DNA of 63,243 nucleotides, counting the filler, from Hyphochytrium catenoides (taxonomy: Eukaryota; Protista; Hyphochytriomycota), in assembly GCA_900088475.1 (NCBI GenBank). It is 13 parts of 13 records of this genome, joined end to end, with 100 filler letters (N's around TTAATTAATTAA, not from the genome) between each part and the next. Parts side by side here need not be neighbours in the genome. Positions count along the whole stretch, not along the records: positions 59,487 to 62,062 come from FLMG01001908.1; positions 62,163 to 63,243 come from FLMG01001123.1; 11 more parts are not named here. One strand, written 5' to 3'. Below, piece after piece: positions 60,366 to 63,243 of the stretch. Numbering within the stretch: the first letter of the stretch is position 1; the number at the start of each line of letters is the position of its first letter. The translations under genes and the position numbers were made by a program. Below the pieces are notes generated by a model that worked only from the letters and a program-made list of their open reading frames with translations, was not told the origin of the DNA and made no database searches.

Positions 60366-62061
60366 CTACTGCGCCTCATTGATCAGTGCCAAGGCCAAGT
60401 CCAGATAGTCTCCAGCGGGAAGAACCTCCTGCAGTGTCATGGCGATTAAGCGGAGATGGTGAGCCACCGAACAAGCGAGACGGAAGCAGGCAATTAGAGA
60501 GAGAGAGTAGCGGTTGGGGAGAGAGAGAGAGAGAGAAGGAGAAGGTAACCATGATTGAGGAGCCGGTCCTGTCTCTCTTCCTCTTTTCTCTCTCCTGCCC
60601 TTCACCAGCTTCTAGAAGGTCTTCTCTTCTTTCTTGTCTTGAACACTTTCTTCCCCCGCCCTTGCTCGCCATTACTTCTCTCTCGAAAAAGCGGCAAATT
60701 TCTGCTTCTCTCTGTGCCCTCCTTTCCTCTTCCTCTTTTCCCTTCTCTTTCTCTGTCCTCTCACATTCTCCCTCATCCCTCCTTCTCCTGCTGCTCTCTC
60801 CCCCAGTCTCACACACACCCTCCGGACTCCCTAAGGCTCTCTTTCTTAGTCCCCTCCGTCTTTCTCTTCCCATGATACCTTCTCCTCCTCCTCCTCTTCA
60901 TCTTCTTCTCTTCCTTCTTTCTCCTGCTCTCTTCTTCTTCTTCTTCTTCTTCTTACCCGAAGTCTCTCCGCGAGACCTTTGCCAGAACGTTTCTTGAATG
61001 TCTCCTTCACATCTCCCGCCACTGTCTGATACCGAACAAGGCAAATGTTAAGCGGCTTCTTGTCTTGCTCATAAATCTTCTGGAAAGCTTCATCATAAAT
61101 CTCAGAGACCAGCTCCAGAGGCTCCTCGACACAGCAAACTAGGAGGCAGGAGGGAGGCCGCGAGAGAGAGAGAGGAAGCAGAAGGAACAATGGAGAAAGA
61201 GTGACAAGAGAGAAGAAGAAGGAGAGAGATATAGAAGAAATAGAGAAAGAAGAGAGAGACAAAGAGAGGGCGGGAGAGTGTGTGTGTGAGAGAGAGAGAA
61301 GCAGAGCCAGAGAGAGAGAGACGAAGGAAGGAAAGAGAGAGAGAAAAATAAGGAGAGAAAGAGAGAGGTGAGCCGACTGAACATGCAGCACCACCCAAAA
61401 GGTCATAAAGAAAGAAAAACTTCATAACTTATCAATCATCAGTCACGAAACGATGAAAGAGAGTGAGACTCATCATCAGAGGAATATTCAGGAAAGGAGA
61501 AGAAGACACGCGTGGACAAGGAGAGAAAGTTCTCATCAATGGACATTCAAGGGCTAGAAACAAAGAGAAAGGCATGCAAGAAGATAGTCAAGGAAAGAGG
61601 CTGCGGGCTCGTGAGGAAGATGAAAAGACACTCACTCAGCAAACGAGACAGATAGTAGTGTCAGGACAAACAAGAAAGAGAGAAGGTGGACATGAAAGAA
61701 AGAGGGAGGACGGACATTAAAGAAAGGCAGAGAGAGACAGGGAAGGGAGAGAAAACCCGCGCGAAGAGATAGCAGTAGCCCAATTCTGATGAGAAAAGGA
61801 GAAAAGAGATCGACGGACGGAAGAGAAACTGAGGAACGGCAATATGCAGAAGAAAGAAGAGTGAAGAGTGAAGAAATTGGAAAGAAGAGAGAAGGTAATG
61901 TGCCGATGATATTGATAAAGGAGAAGATCTTTCGCCTCAACTCCTTACTTGCAAACACGAGGGCGTCTCTCATATTTCCTTCAAACTCTTCCTCGATGAC
62001 CTCGCGAAGCGTTTTCTTATTTCTCTCCTTCAAAGAAATTTTTATCAGAACAAAGAGAGAG
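60366..62061 (-). CDS. Divergent annexin, last repeats (5'-truncated), 3 exons
   Basis: IKISLKERNKKTLREVIEEEFEGNMRDALVFA|ICCVEEPLELVSEIYDEAFQKIYEQDKKPLNICLVRYQTVAGDVKETFKKRSGKGLAERLR|EVLPAGDYLDLALALINEAQ* follows the annexin repeat 3/4 pattern (GK.L...I..E..G.Y..LL..L). Confidence 0.75.
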
Positions 62062-63243
62062 ANNNNNNNNNNNNNNNNNNNNNNNNNNNNNNNNNNNNNN
62101 NNNNNNTTAATTAATTAANNNNNNNNNNNNNNNNNNNNNNNNNNNNNNNNNNNNNNNNNNNNTCTCTCTCTCTCTCTCCTTCTCTCCCTCTCCCCTTCTC
62201 CCCTTCTTTCGCCATCTCTCTGCGCACTTCTCTCTCTCCTCTTTTTCGCCTTCCCTTCGTGCTCCTGTATAGGCTTGGCATGCGGCACCGTGATCGTCTG
62301 GTAGGACTGCGGTTCCTCTTCCCCGTGCTGCTCATTCCAGAGGTGGTACTCACTCTATGGCGGAGCGCAGCACAAAATGCTGTGCAGAGAGTAAGGGCAG
62401 ACGCACACTTAGTCCTTCCATCACAGTCATGAGCCATACTTCTTTGCCCTTCTCTCTCTCTCTCCTTCTCTTCCTCTGTTCCTCCCTCTTTCTTTCTAAC
62501 TAACTATCTAACTATCTATAGAGCTACCCATCTCTCTGTCTCTCTTTCAGCGAGATGGTATTCTCTCTTTCTTCTTTTTCTCTCTCTCTCTATCTCTGCC
62601 CCTCTTCGTCTTGCACCTCCCTCTTCTTCGTTCTGGCCGACGGCGTCTCTCCCTACACTTATATTTCGTTCTCTCTTTCCACGTACGTATCTCCCTACAC
62701 TATTACCTCCAATTTCTCCGTCTCTCTCTCTCTTCTCTCCGCTCTCTCTGTTTATGTCTTCAATCCTGTGCCTCTCCAGTCTTCCTCACTACCCTGTCTT
62801 GGTCTCTGTGATGACGCAGTGTCTTGCGGTGCTCTCATTCATGAACAAGGCACACTTTTTGGGCCCTAATCGTGGGATGATAAGCCAGAGAGAAGCAGGA
62901 GACAAGCAAAGAGGTGTGTGAGAAGCTTTAAAAAAGTGAGGGATAGCTGAGAAAGAGAGAACTCAGGCCGATGAAGCCACACACCAAAGAAAGAGGCCAT
63001 GCAGGAAGACCTAGGAGCCTTTTGTCCACTTTTAAACTCTCTGTTTTTCTCTCTCTCTCTCCCTCCCCTGCCCAGCGGAAGCACAACGAAGAGCTTTAGG
63101 TAAGTCTAGCTCTTTATGATCTTGTTAATGTGGGCCATGGCCGTCTCTTCTTCCTGGGAATGCAGCTTGCGTTTGCTCTCTTTGGGTCTGATGTCATCTC
63201 ACCCCAGCCTTCTCTTTTTGATTGATCTTCTCTTCTCTCTCTC

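Noticed and set aside
62271-62395. Stop-codon reassignment suggested by LACGTVIVW*DCG...
   Set aside because: Another frame is open across this segment, no homology is recognised, and the conserved genes here use TAA, TAG and TGA as normal stops.

Overview
Eukaryotic (protist-like, probably stramenopile; inferred from protein resemblance and TTAGGG telomeres, not proven) nuclear DNA. The window is 13 contigs joined by identical artificial 100-nt N44-TTAATTAATTAA-N44 spacers, so adjacency across a spacer means nothing. Many contigs are saturated with (GA)n/(CT)n repeats, which produce most of the ORF track (poly-ER/SL artefacts). Spliced by hand at GT-AG junctions, the recognisable genes are: a PTC7-type PP2C phosphatase, nocturnin, a PRL/PTP4A phosphatase, the 3' part of an ABCA transporter, a PH-domain protein, an EF-hand protein, dynein light intermediate chain, EDC4/VARICOSE, an intronless CYTH-like gene and the 3' part of a divergent annexin. 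One contig is a chromosome end: TTAGGG repeats, a 13-bp subtelomeric satellite, then a dead Copia gag. The most unusual region is contig 33059-35124. There a decayed, intron-containing piggyBac-like DDE transposase with a YqaJ/lambda-exonuclease-like motif adjoins a Copia 3' end. The Copia LTR region ends in a 203-bp TG...CA unit with 38-bp terminal inverted repeats around a tRNA-like cloverleaf. A second, unrelated TG...CA element with ~68-bp inverted termini lies at 22488-23072. No database searches were run; family calls come from motif recognition.
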